In this document: positions 1-12,329 of the stretch, piece after piece | Layout of the letters: the number at the start of each line of letters is the position of its first letter | How positions within the stretch are numbered: position 1 is the first letter of the stretch | Source of the DNA: Felis catus | Taxonomy: Eukaryota | Assembly: GCF_018350175.1 (NCBI RefSeq) | Contig: NC_058383.1 | Span: forward strand, 40,610,001 to 40,674,000 | Length of the DNA: 64,000 nucleotides | Reading direction: 5' to 3' | Translations under genes and position numbers: made by a program | Notes under the pieces: model-generated | What the model was told of the DNA's origin: nothing | The model's input: the letters and a program-made list of their open reading frames with translations, nothing else | Database searches by the model: none

Positions 1-1074
1 ACGCCTGGAGATGGCCCAGGCACACACACGTGCACTCACGAGCAGGCAGGGGCACGTTCGACAGCACACACTAATATCACGATGTCATACACCGTGTGAA
101 CGGCTAGATATTCCAGACCTAGGAATGAGCACCCAGACCTGACCTTCCGCCCTGTGGGCCCGCAGGCTGCAGCCCGCCAGACCGAGGGCATCTACCCCAA
201 GGGACAGCCTCCAAGCAGGAGCCACCTGCCGGAGGTATCAGCTGCCTTTTCCTTCTACAGCAAGGAACAAAAGCTCCAGGCTTCGAAACGCCAAGGGAGG
301 AACTCTCTCCCGGTTCCAATGCCCTTTCGAAAGGAAGGTCCAACACCCCAGGGGTGGGGACATCCGAGGCCAGCCCAGAGCCCACACGGTCTTGCTGACC
401 GTCCCTGTGCCCCCACAGGATGCCCAGGAGGGTGGTGCCCGCTGCCTCTCAGGAGCCAGGAAGGTGCCAGGAGGACACGGTCTGCTGGGCCCGGCCCCCG
501 GCCCAATCTGCAGCTGCGCTGACTGGCCCCACGCAGGGCGGCTGTGAGCAATGAGCCCACCGCACACAGCCCCCGGGCTCGTTCCACACTCACCCTTCTT
601 GCAAGATCTTGCTGGGGGGACACCTCCTTTCATCCCTGAACGCTGGGGTTGGGGAAGAGCAGCGAAGCACAGAGGGCCTCCAGGTGGAGGCCGCAGCTCT
701 GGAAGCCTCCAGGCAGCTCTGCCCCCTGACCCCACAGAGATACCACACAGCAGTCCTCCCTTCCCAAGTCCCCAGCGCCAGGGGAGGGCACTCGGGAGGG
801 CTCCATGCCTTCTCGGGGTTGGTTCTCCCCTAGCCCGGCCACGCCCGAATGGCCGGGGCAAGACAGCTGCCAGTGCAGGAGGGACAGCCACATGCAACAC
901 AGACGATGCCAGGTCCCCGGACTCAGTGGGACACACCTTTTTAGGACTGGGGTCTCTGGCTCGGGTTCCAAGAGCAGCTCGGCTCGGGAGCAAGATCGAA
1001 ACGAGGGTGGTCTCCCAGAACAGGCTGGCGGGGAGGCAGGAGGGTGAGAAAGCCCGGCAACGGGGGCGCAGAGT

Positions 1075-1471
1075 AAACGCGGCCCCCAATGGGCAAGGGG
1101 CAAGTCCCATCCCTAGGGATGGGACCTTATTTGGGATCTTTGCTGTTGTGATTAAAGGTCTCAAGAGGAGATCGTCTTGGCTTACCGGGACAGATCCTGA
1201 ATCCAGTGACAACCATCCTTACAAGAGACACACAGGAGAGACCACCTGAATACAGAGGCAGAGCCTGGAGGGATGTGGCCACAACCCAAGGGATGCCCGG
1301 AGCCCCCAGAGGCAGGAAGGAGCCTCCTCTGGAGCCTCTGGAGACAGCACGACCCCACGAGGGTCTTCATCTCAAACTCCGGCCTCCAGGACTCTGACAA
1401 AACAAGCTCCTGGTGTCCTCAGCTGCCAGGTTCGTGGTAAATAGTTCCAGCAACCTCAGGACACCAGCACA
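1075..1471 (+). mobile_element. MaLR solo LTR (MLT1-like)
   Basis: Recognisable MLT1-type segments (gaccttatttgg...gattaa; gatgtggccacaacccaaggga; ggcctccaggactctga; gtggtaa...cagcaacctcagga). Boundaries approximate. Confidence 0.7.
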
Positions 1472-1856
1472 GCCACCATCCCAGACGTGATGTGGGCGCA
1501 ACAGGGCAGCCCCATCGGCCCACGCTTCCTCTAACTGCTCTGGTCAGCCCTGGGGGAACAGCTGCCCCTCAGCCTTGTCGGGACTCACCCTTGACCTTGG
1601 GCTACACCTGAGCTACCGAAAGTGAGAAGCAGAAACTTTGATAACTTAGATGGAACGGACCAATCCGTCAAATCCACAAAATGCCAAACTCATCCACATG
1701 TTACTAGATATTCAATAATATGTAACTGATAAAGACATTCGATTTGCAGTTAAAAAATAAATGTCCAGGTCCAAGTGGTTTAACTGGTGAATTCTGCCAA
1801 ACATTTAAAGAAAAAACACCAATTCGACCCAATCTCTTCTAGAAAGTACAAAACAA

Positions 1857-2077
1857 GGGGCGCCTGGGTGGCGCAGTCGGTTAAGCGTCCGACTTCAGCC
1901 AGGTCACGATCTCGCGGTCTGTGAGTTCGAGCCCCGCGTCGGGCTCTGGGCTGATGGCTCAGAGCCTGGAGCCTGTTTCCGATTCTGTGTCTCCCTCTCT
2001 CTCTGCCCCTCCCCCGTTCATGCTCTGTCTCTCTCTGTCCCAAAAATAAATAAACGTTGAAAAAAAAAAAAAAAAAA
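1857..2077 (+). mobile_element. Young felid CanSINE (SINEC_Fc-like) with 16-bp TSD
   Basis: ggggcgcctgggtggcgcagtcggttaagcgtccgact head, CT tract and poly-A. TSD agaaagtacaaaacaa at 1841-1856 and 2078-2093. Confidence 0.95.
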
Positions 2078-2318
2078 AGAAAGTACAAAACAAGGGAACA
2101 CTTCCCAATTCATTTTATCAGGCCAGCATTACCAAAACCAAACCCAGGAAAGACAACACAAAAAAACCACAGACCGACATATCTCACGAACGTAGAAAAG
2201 TCCTTAACAACATACCAGCCGATGCACCAGCTGTAGACACGTAAACACAGAATCACGTGCCGTGACCAAGTGGGGTTCACCGCAGAAATGCAAGAGTAGT
2301 TTGAAAATGGAAAATCAA

Positions 2319-2550
2319 GGCGCCTGGGTGGCTCCGTCGGTTGAGCCTCCGACCTGAGTTAAGCATCCGACTTCGGCTCAGGTCATGATCTCACGGTTCC
2401 TGGGTTCGAGCCCCACGTCGGGCTCTGTGCTGACAGCTCGAAGCCTGGAGCCTGCTTCCGATTCTGTGTCTCCCTCTCTCTCTCTGCCCCTCCCCACTTG
2501 CACTCTGGTCTGTCTGTCTCTCTCTCTCAAAAGTAAACGTTATCAAAAAC
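2319..2550 (+). mobile_element. CanSINE with TSD
   Basis: SINE body; TSD aatggaaaatcaa at 2306-2318 and 2551-2563. Confidence 0.9.
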
Positions 2551-5500
2551 AATGGAAAATCAATTAAAAGACTAAGAAAAAAACACACAATCGATAGATG
2601 CGGAAAGAATACTAGGCAAAATCCAACATGTATTCGTGACCAAAAAAATTTGTTTTACCTCTGAGCAAATTAGCAACAAAGCGGAACCTCCTCGGCCTAC
2701 TGATGAGCTCTACCCCACCACTGCTGCGGTGCCTCCCAGCAGCTTGGGCACAAGACAAGGACGCCTGTCCCGCCACCTCCCTCCAGAGCCATGCAGGGAG
2801 GTAAGGGGGAGAGAGGAATTACAATGAGTGAAAGAAACCGGACACATGAGGCCACGTACAGACCGGCCGCACTTCACGCGCAGTTTTGGGACAGGTGGGC
2901 CCTTCTGGACAGATGGACAGACCTGAGGGAGCACAAGGAGCTTCCAGGGCATGGAGGGGGCAGGGGCATGGGTTACTGACGGGCCCTTTTGTCGGAACAC
3001 ACAAGCCGTGTGCAGTCACATTCTGTTTCACAAACAGAAGCGTAGGGGGCCTCAGCGTGTCTGTGGCCCTCCTTCTCATCAGTACAGAAGCCACAGCCCA
3101 GGTCCCTCTAAGCCCCCTGAGGATGCCCACACTGTAGCCCAGCCCCTCACCTTAACTCAATTCCATCTGAAAAGACTCTGTCTCCAAACGAGGTCACGTT
3201 CAGAGGAACTAGGGACACACCTTCGGGGGGCACCATCCAGCCCGCCCCCAGGAAGGAACTGCCAGCCTCCACACACTCATGCAGCCTGGTGTGCGCCTCC
3301 TAGGCCAGTCCGTGGCAACCCCGCTCCCCCTTTGCAGCCTTCAGTGACGGCCCACGTCGGGGGCTCACACACGCCAGAGGGGAAGGGCCTCTGACCCTCA
3401 CAGATCTCCTGGTGGGCCCCCCTCCTACCCCAAGTTTGGTAACATACTGGATCCAGTGTCAGCCTGGGTGAGGCCTGCCCCACACTGCCCTCCTGGCAGC
3501 TCTCGGCTTGAGGAGGCCCAGAGGGGCGTCCCCACATGAGCATGACTTGTGAGGCCCATCGGCGATGACAGCTAGAGGCAGGAAGGAAGCTGGTGCATGC
3601 CTCCCCGGCTTATGGCCGAAAGGACCTGGACCGGATGCCTCCCCATGAGTCCCTCCACCAAAACTCTGACGCTTCAAGGTGACTCTGGTCTCTGAGAAGG
3701 CGAGAATGGGACCAGACCTTGCCCCTCCCCCACAGGCCTGCCAGGCTCTGGGCGGGGCCTCCCCAGGGACTGGCACCCAGGCCTGCAGGCGTCCCCCTGG
3801 GGCTCCCAGCTCCCAGCTGACAGCCCTACGGGCTTCGGAGCCCTACAGCCCTGGGCTCCTCTGCCGAAAGTTACATTAGGAATTTCATCTCTTCCTTACA
3901 GACCTGTTCAGAGTGCCTATTTCTGCTTGACACAGTTTTGGTGGTTTCTGTCTTTCCAGGAATCTATACATCTGATCCGGTGACGGTCAGTATGCGGTTT
4001 TCACCACAGCCCCTTGTGACCTTCTCTAAGTCGGCGTAAGGCCTGCGGGCAGCCTGGCCTCATTCCTAACTCACAGCAAAGAGGTCAGGAAGTCGTCCTC
4101 CACGGTGCCGTGCATCTGTGCTGCACACTCTCTTTCAAGTTCAAGAAATGACGTGCCGTATTCCTAATTTTCTGAGGGTTTTTGTCATAAACTGGTGTGG
4201 AAAATTAAATACTTTCCAGCATCAACTCATAAATAAATAGTACCGACTCTCAGATATAAAACTGTATTATTAAATCCCTAATAATGATGCACATGTTTAT
4301 AAATGCCTATCTCTAGGATACAAATATCCAGAAATATAAATAAAATTCATTTTATCAACAACGGTACTCTGATTTTCTGTATTTTTCCCTACTTTTGCTC
4401 TACTTGTTCGGCGTGTTGGAGGGGTGTGTTCAAGTCCCCACACCATCCCCAGCTCTGTCCTGAAAGTCACCTGTCACGTCCAGGGCCAGGTTATGCAACA
4501 AGAGCCGGCTGTTAGTATCTTGTCAGAGACTCTCTGACCACTGGCTCGAACGCCAGGGTGGACACCACAGCGGTGACATCTCCCCTTGGGGCCGTCACTT
4601 GAAGAAAGCCCGCAACACGCTTTAAACCTGCAAGCTCTACACCATCTCCCCAGGCCTTGCTTTCAATATTTATTCATTTTCTTAATTTCTAGTGAGCTTT
4701 TTTGTTTGGTTCGGTCTGGGTTTGTTTTCTTGTGTCCTTTTAACTATCAAGGCAACCCGTGCTAGGGTGAGAAGCTCGGGAACCCCAGGGACAGGGGAGG
4801 AACTGTATCTGACTCTGACCAAAGCCTACAGACATTTCAGAGAGGGTGGCATGTCCACACGGTCACGGGGCCAGAGCAGCCCTGGTCCTCAGGTTGGAGC
4901 CACAGGGTTCTGGGGGGAACAGCCCCGTGTCCTGGGCTTACCTGCATTCTCACGGTGCCTCTTGGCCTCTGACAGTGAAAAAGGCAAAGGGCAAAAACCA
5001 CGGACATCACATGGATGTGAGTCTGGAGAAAAGGAACCCACCTGTGTTCTCCGCTCTATTTTCTGACTGTGACTCAAACATCTGCTCCCCTGAAGTCGTC
5101 CCCCGTCCCTGGCTGTGAGAGGGGGATGCATGAAGCAGCGACTCTGCAGAGCCCCCTCCAGGGCCGACGGGCCCCTCATAACAAAGGGGACCCATGTCCC
5201 TGGGGTCTGTGTCCTGTCCAGACGGCTCCAGAACAGGAAGGTGACCGGGGCCAGCCCAAAAGCCGGTGTGTGGCCACCACTGGGAAGGGGCAGATGCTGG
5301 CCCACTTGGGGCACGCAGGAAGGGCGTGTGAGACCCTGCAGGCATCCCCGGGGGACCAGCCCGTCCTCCACCTGGGGCGTCCTCGGGTGACCGAGTCAAG
5401 CCACCACCCCGCTCCCACTCCTGCTGATAACGGCGCCTGCTAGGAGCCCGCACCAGCAACTTCCGCCACAGATTACGTCCAAGGCCCACAACAGAGGAAC

Positions 5501-5949
5501 GCCTGCCCTGCCAGGTTCCAGACTCCACTGGCCAGGGCCTGATTGAGCCCGCGTGAGCCCCCCACTCAGCCCCCTCCCTCCCCAGCGTGTCCAGCTGCCC
5601 AGCGATCCCTCCACATCCGGTCCAAATGCCTGACGCACCAGCCCGCCTCCCAGTCCCCCACCGTCCTCACAGCCTTCCCCAGCACTTGCCGCGAACCCCA
5701 CCCCAAGGCGTGTCCCCCGCCAGGGCTCCAGCTGCCCCGCCCGGCCGCCCCACCTGCCTCATCCCCGCTCACGGGGCTCTAGGACACGCTGCCCTTCCCG
5801 GCGGACCCCTACTCACGCTCCTCTTCTCGGAGAGACGGCCCGACGCCCGGCAGCGTAGAGTCCGCGAGTTTCCGCCGTGGTCCCCTGGCTTCTGCTCAAC
5901 AGCCAAGGAGGCGCCATCTGAGCCGACTCCCCGCCTCCTGCTGCCAGAC

Positions 5950-6185
5950 CGCCAACGCTGCGCCTGCGCACAGCCTGGAGCAGGCGGCAGCGTGCGGACA
6001 GTGCGGCTGCGCGACGGGGGAGACGCGAGGCCAACTGAAAGGCCTGCAGCTGCGCCTGCGCACGGCCTCGAGCAGGCGGCGGCGTGCGGACACTGCGGCT
6101 GCGCGACGGGGGAGACGCGAGGCCAACAGCGGGAGCCTGCAGGTGCGCCTGCGCACAACCTCCAGCAGGCAGCGCCATGCGGCCG
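5950..6185. repeat. ~92-bp GC-rich tandem repeat (~2.5 copies) within a CpG island
   Basis: TGCGCCTGCGCA recurs at 5959, 6051 and 6144; unit gagcaggcggc.gcgtgcggaca.tgcggctgcgcgacgggggagacgcgaggccaac. Confidence 0.9.
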
Positions 6186-6479
6186 CGAGAGATACGCTGT
6201 CCGTGGCAGTGGCCTGTGGCTGTGCCTGGGCACAGCCGTCTCCTCTCCCCAGGAAGCTCCGCTGCGGCCACCCGCATTCCCGGGGCCACCCTGCCCGGCA
6301 CGAAGCCGAGTGGAGAGCGAGCAGAGCCGATCTGGTCTCCCCGCGAACCCCGTGTGCGGCTCGGCCTGTGCAGACTGCAGGCGGAGTCTGCCTCTCGCCC
6401 ACCCGCAAGGGCCCAGGAAGCACCGGGCGCCGGGTGGCAGAGGAGGCTCGAGTTCCGGCCCCGCTAGGAGTAAATGACA

Positions 6480-7990
6480 TAGAATAACTATGTCGTAGTG
6501 ACATTTCATGCGGAGCGCAATAAATGCGAATTTCCAGATGAAGCGGCTACAGTGGGGGGCGGGACCCTAACCACACCAGTTCCACGGAAGAAAAAAGCCT
6601 CCAGCGAACCGCAGCCCCCAACAAAAACGGGCCCTAATGATTCCAGAGATGAACTCCACCACACGTCTAGGGACCAGATGGTCACAGCTTGCCCAGTTGT
6701 TCCGGCGCCCTGAAGCAGAGGGGCACACGCTAAACTGTGCCCGCCAGTGGAGCCCCGCCCAGGAGTGCTGACCCCAGCCCCCGCCTGGAAGGCCAGCCGG
6801 CAGAGCCCCACTGCAACAGGAACTCTGACCCCCAGACCCTACTGGAAGGTGCAATGGGTGGGAAGACAGACATGGTGACCACGTGCGGGACTGACGCCCA
6901 GATGCCACGGCCGCCTGGTTGCTGGGAAATCCATTTATGAAAGTCACTCTTGACAGACCCGAAGAGAAAAATCACATGCTTTCCCCCCATAGGTGCACAA
7001 AAAGCCTCTGGCAAAATTTAACACCCATTCCTGATAAAAGTACAAACAGTAAGGAAAATAGGAAGTGACAGCCGCTTTCTTAACATAGTAACATAGCCTT
7101 TTCTAAAGTCTCCACCTCACTGAAGCAGACGCTGGTGTCATTAGGGGCAAGATGAGGACTATGCTTGCCTTCACCGCCCGCCAGCCCGGCCCTGGAGGCC
7201 TCAGCCGCTGCAGTCAGACACGGGGAACCCGTCAGGGCCCCGAGAACAGAGCCCAAAGCCAGCTGTGTCCATTTGCAAAGGCTACACTGATGTACCTGGA
7301 AAACGCTGGAACAGTAATACGCAGTAAACTTTTCACGATGAGGGGATGTCCCACAAGCTCAGTGCCGGAAACCCGCCAAGCCCGTGCGGCCGCCAAGCAC
7401 TGGGAATGGGGCGAATGTGGCGGCATCGTGAGCCTTTGGTCTCGTTTCATCTCATCTGTACACGCGAGCTTAGCCACATGGGACTCCCGACCGGGCAGCG
7501 AGCGTGGCACCGGGCCATCAACAGGGAGGAAACAGACTCAAAGGATAAACGAACTCAGTAAGGCTAAAACTAACACACAAACACCAAAAGTCCTCATAGC
7601 TGCACGAGGTCACCAGTTGGAGGATGGAATGGCAGAGGGACCCCGGCAACGATGGCAAGCAAGAGGGTGAGGTACTCGGAAAGGCCCCCAGGAGAAGTGG
7701 GAGGCCTTCCCGGGACAGAGAGCCGAAGACCTGTGAATGCAGACTGCAGAGCAGAGACCATGTATCGTTGCAGCAACACGAACGGCCGCCCCGGCGGCAG
7801 CACAGCCTGGTGTGGGGAACACAGCCCGACATATTCCACTCCGCAGATTCAGGTGTGAGAAGGAGAAAGCAAACGCAGGAACACGTGAACGTTTGGGCCA
7901 CCTGCCAGAAAAGAACACAGGGATCCGCTGTACTGTTTTTCACAACTTTTCTCTAAAAGTGAGATGAATTCAAAATCAAAAAATAATTTA
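6480..7990 (+). mobile_element. Degenerate ancient L1 (L1M) ORF2 and 3' end
   Basis: aaaaatcacatg...ggcaaaatttaacacccattcctgataaaa, and an L1M-type terminus tttttcacaacttttctctaaaagtgagatgaattcaaaat. Boundaries approximate. Confidence 0.65.
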
Positions 7991-8399
7991 CGAACACCCA
8001 TGTCCTGGGCCCAGGTGCTCCCTGGCAGGAACTCAGATCACGCTTGGTCTGTGAGGGTACCTTCTGCTCGTTCCGGCCTTTGTGATTACGTCCTGAAAGT
8101 CTCCCGACGGCTTCTCACGCAGCCACTGAGAAGAGCCCAGCAGCTCCGGACGCACCGATGCCGTGCAATCCCCACGGCGTCCTGGGGCTGAGGGAGGAGG
8201 GCAGATGATGCACGGGGCCTCTGCACGCATACAGCATCCCCGGGATGCCCGGCCTCGCGACCCACCACCACCAGGCTGGAGCTGGTGGCATTGAGCTTGG
8301 GAAAAGCCACATTTCTGTGCGTTTCTCTCAAAGCTAATTTTTTTAATATAAATGGTTTTTCAATACTGTCAAATGGAAGAGGGCACAGCTGGGACCTGC

Positions 8400-8785
8400 A
8401 CTAGGTTGAACCCTCCCACGAAATGATATGCCTCAGTCCTGACCCTGGGAATCCCAGCATGGGGCCTTACTTGGAAACAGGGCCACTGCAGGCACCATCA
8501 GGAAGAGGGAGTCGGTGACCAGCTGGAGTCGGTGAGTCCCATCCCAACAAGAGAGCAACGCCGTGTGCCCCTGGAGGCAGAGAGGGGGTGACGCATCCAC
8601 CAACCAAGGGACGGCGAGGATGTCTGGCACCACCAGAGGCCGGAAGATGCACAGGGTGCCCCCCCAAAGGCAGCACGGCCCCGCGACACCTCAGTTTAGG
8701 GCTTGCGGCCTGCAGGCTGAGAGGGATGCCTGCGGTTTGAGCCCTGAGTCTGTGGCTTCGTTAGGGCAGCCCCAGGAAGGTAATA
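8400..8785 (+). mobile_element. MaLR solo LTR (MLT1-like)
   Basis: gttgaa...agtcctgaccctggg...ccttacttggaaacaggg...ctgtggcttcgttagggcagccccaggaa. Confidence 0.65.
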
Positions 8786-10049
8786 AGACCCTAAAGACAA
8801 ACAGAAATTCCTGAGTCCACGGTGGGCCCAGCGTCCACGAGCCCTCCATTGGCCAGGGACACCCCCTCCTCCGTCCCTGTCACAGGATGTGGAACGGGTC
8901 CCCCTGCTGTAGCGAGAAACCACCTCTGGCTTGTTCAGCGCAAACACGATTCCCACCGGTCGCCAGGACACGCAGGAGGCTCCACAAAGGAAACAGGCAG
9001 GAGGCACCAGAAGCTCAGAGGAGCTACAGATGCGGGTCCGCCACCCACAGCACCGGGGACGGGGCGTGTGGTGACCAGAGAGCAGAGGACAGTGACCGGC
9101 ACGCGTCCCAGTGGCCGCAGTGGCTGCCGGCACAGCGGAGCAGGAGTAGCCGCGTCAGCCCGAGGGTCTCACGGGTGTGCAGGCCGGCGGCCTCGGGGTG
9201 GGCATCACGCGGCTGCAGGAGCGGAAGCCGACGCCCAGGCGAACGCCGCTCATTCTGCGGTCCTAGACGTGAACACACGCAGCACCCCAGCCACAAGGGC
9301 TCACCAGGCGCCGCACTGCGTCTTCACAGCCGCGACCTGGCTCCAACGGGACAGCCGGCGTCTCAGCCCCCGTCCCGAGGGGACGTGGGGTTGACACGAC
9401 CATACCCAGAGCTGGTGGTGGAACCAGGCTCCCCTCCACCTCCCTGCTGGCCCTGAGCGGAGGCCAGGGCAGACCGCTCTGCCCTTCCCAGAAGGAGCAA
9501 CCCTAAAGCCACAGAGGGTCGGCCCGAGGTCCCCCCGCCCCCGCCCCCGGACTGGCAGTCACACCGGCATTGTGGCAGCAGGGCTCTGAGCAGCACCAGG
9601 GGGGATCTGCGCTGTGGAGACAGGAGCCACAGGCTCCGACACGGAAAACCCAAACGAGCCTGTGGACGCGGTGGAGCCGAGGCATCAGCGAACTCACGGC
9701 TCTGGTGGGAGCGGTGGTAGACGTAGGCACCCACGGAAGCGTGTACTTTCTCAAATCCGCGTCTGCCAGAGGCACCAGGACAGAGGGGATGGGCGGAGGA
9801 TCTCAACACCGGAGTCCCGGACAACAAGGAAGGACGCCCCCAGGACAGGCTCCCACTGGCCATGGCCCAGGCAGCCGGAGCCTGAAAGTACGAGGAAATC
9901 ACATCACATAAATGAACGAAGAGAGTTTGATGGGAAGCAGGGCACTGGCAGTTTCCAGGCTACGAGGGGAGAAGGAGCCTGGATGGTTCCTTGCTGACAG
10001 AGCACGGGGGAATCACTCCCTCCCCCATGGCACATGCCAGGCCCACTCC

Positions 10050-10067
10050 TGCACGCACATGCGCGCG

Positions 10068-10108
<41 letters not shown>
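10050..10108. repeat. Alternating purine-pyrimidine tract / (CA)n microsatellite
   Basis: tgcacgcacatgcgcgcgtgcgcg followed by a pure (CA) run of ~17 units. Confidence 0.95.
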
Positions 10109-10109
<1 letters not shown>

Positions 10110-12329
10110 GCCTCCTGTAGCGTGGTGACGTCAGGCCGACTCAAATCCGGGGACCCACTGGGCAGAGCCTGAGCTCTCCAGAAATAAATGAGATGCAGCA
10201 GCATCAACCTCTTGGCCCAGAGCCCACTCCATGAGCGCCCCAGCTTGCACAGGGTCCACACGTGGCAGCTCGTGGGTGTCATAGAGCTGATCCCCTTCCC
10301 CAAAGGACCCTACAGCGTGGATGAACTCTTCTGTTGACTCTGCTTTGGAGTTTTCCTAAGAATTTAGTGACCCTCCCTTGGCACAGAGAATGACCTCAGA
10401 TTCCAGGAGGGGGTCCTGACCCGGAGGAAAGACTCCCAATGACTTTGCTGCTCCAGGCAAGAGCCCTGACCTCAGACAGGTCTGCGTGGGGAGCATCAGG
10501 AGGCGGGCCACCCCGTGCAAGGCGCTGGCGGGGAACTCAGAGCACACAGAGCCGAGAGGGACCAAGGTGGGCACGTGGCAGGGGTTCTGGGCTGACGGTG
10601 CCACTGTCCCGGGGCACCCCCCACCCCTCCCCCAGCCAAGATGGGCACCTATCGTGGTGTTTCCAGGGGCCACTTCCTACCCCACTGGTTCCGGTGGTGC
10701 TGGACAGGACCCCCGAGGCCTGGCCCCTCGCTGTGGCCAGAGGGGTGAACCAGGTAGCCTGGGTCCGTGAAGGGAGGCCTCCCCAGAGCCCAAGCTCCAG
10801 CGCAGGCTGCCCGTGGGCCTGAACACAAGGCCGTTTGGATTCCAGGGAGCGTGTCTCCGTGACCCACATGTGCAGGCCACGCAGGGCTGCTACCCTGAGG
10901 GGACGTACCCCAGCCCCATCCTGCCACTTGCTTACCCGAAAGCTGCCTGGTGAGATCCAAATTCACTTCTCTTCTTTGTGTGTGTTTTCTCTGGAGCCCG
11001 ACCCATGGGCTTTTCTGCATTCTCTTTGAGATAAAAATCAAAAACAAATCTTTAAAGGCCATCTCCAAAAACCACAGAATGGCTGGAATTAAATAAACAT
11101 AAAGCTTGTGGTTTTCCTCTCAGGAACTTCCTGCCTAACTGAAATGCACTGAATCAGCAGCACCTCAGAGCCCAGGCGGAGGCTCCCAGGACCCCGGGCT
11201 CAGCCTTGGGGCAGGGGCCACACCCAAAGGGGACCACGTCCCACCCTAGTGAGCCCCGGCCAGCCCTGCTGGCCTAGTGCAGCACAGACGTGGGAGTAGC
11301 TTCCGTTCGAGAGGAACTTCCCTGAGGCCTGCGCACCATCACCACAGTGTGAGCCGATCAGGGTCCCCCAAATATTCATGTGCACAGAGGAGAGGCTCCG
11401 GGCAAAGACAGCTCGGGTGGCGGAGAAGGGCCCACGGACACAGGGCACAGGAAGCACCAGAGTGTTGGGGGCAGAGGCCTGAGTTGGGGCGGCAGGCTGC
11501 AGGCTTGAGATTCGAACGGGCTTGGGCATGACCGCCCGCTGCTGCCCAGTCCCTGGCCCTGGTGATCTAGGACACGGGGAACGCCCTCGCTGTGTGGGAG
11601 GTGGACAAGGGGCGGTGGGGCCATGGACGCAGGGCTGTCCAGTTCCCCAGGAGGCTCCAAACTTCAGCCTCCTCCCACCCGAGAACCTCCCACGTCAGAA
11701 AGGAGGCCACTGAGCTGCTGTCACTCGGGGCACGACCAACACGACGTGTGCGCTTTTCTCCTGACATCAGCCGAGTCTGCCGCTCTCCGGACACCAGCCG
11801 GGGGTCCTGCGACTGAACTCAATCCCGATACCAACCGCCAACGTCAGTGCAGACCCCCCGGGCTGAGGGGCCCCTCGAGACTCCCCCATGTCAGGTGCCA
11901 CAGTATCAGGTCACCCGGAGAGTTTGGGGGTTTCTTATGAAGGATAGGACTCGGGAACAGGGATGGAAGAGACACACAGGGCAAGGGGTGGGGAAGGGGC
12001 TCGGAGCCTCCAGGCCCTGCGGGGGGAGGGGGGCGGGGAGATGCGGGGGGGGGGGGGGGGAGGCACCACCCTCCCGGCACCTCCGTGGGTCCCTTCTCCC
12101 CAGGAGCCCAGGGGCTGTTCTGGCGGTTTCATTACCGAAGCGCGATTGATCGCGTCACCGGAGGCTGGGCGTCAATCCCCATCACTTTGCTCCTCCACTG
12201 GTCTCTCTGGGAGCAGCCCCCAGGCGTCTCAGCAGCAAGCCAAAGAGCCTCCCCCGCCCCAGGGGCCAGTGCCTGGGGACAAAGATCAAATGTCGACTTT
12301 TTATCATCCCACAGGCCTCTTTCGAGGAA

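Larger units (their letters stand above)
1620..2900 (+). mobile_element. Old L1 ORF2 fragment interrupted by two SINEs
   Basis: L1 ORF2-like text (ccaggtccaagtggtttaactggtgaattctgccaaacatttaaagaa; acttcccaattcattttatcaggccagcattacc). Confidence 0.75.

Noticed and set aside
238-1249. Long overlapping ORFs (324 aa on -, 232 aa on +)
   Set aside because: Pro/Gly/Arg/Ala-rich GC noise with no domain; they run into an MLT1 LTR.
1-5000. LMF1 3' exons
   Set aside because: No LMF1-like coding sequence recognised; by synteny the gene probably lies outside the window.
5587-6509. Several 200-300 aa ORFs on both strands
   Set aside because: Produced by a stop-poor CpG tandem repeat; no protein family resemblance.
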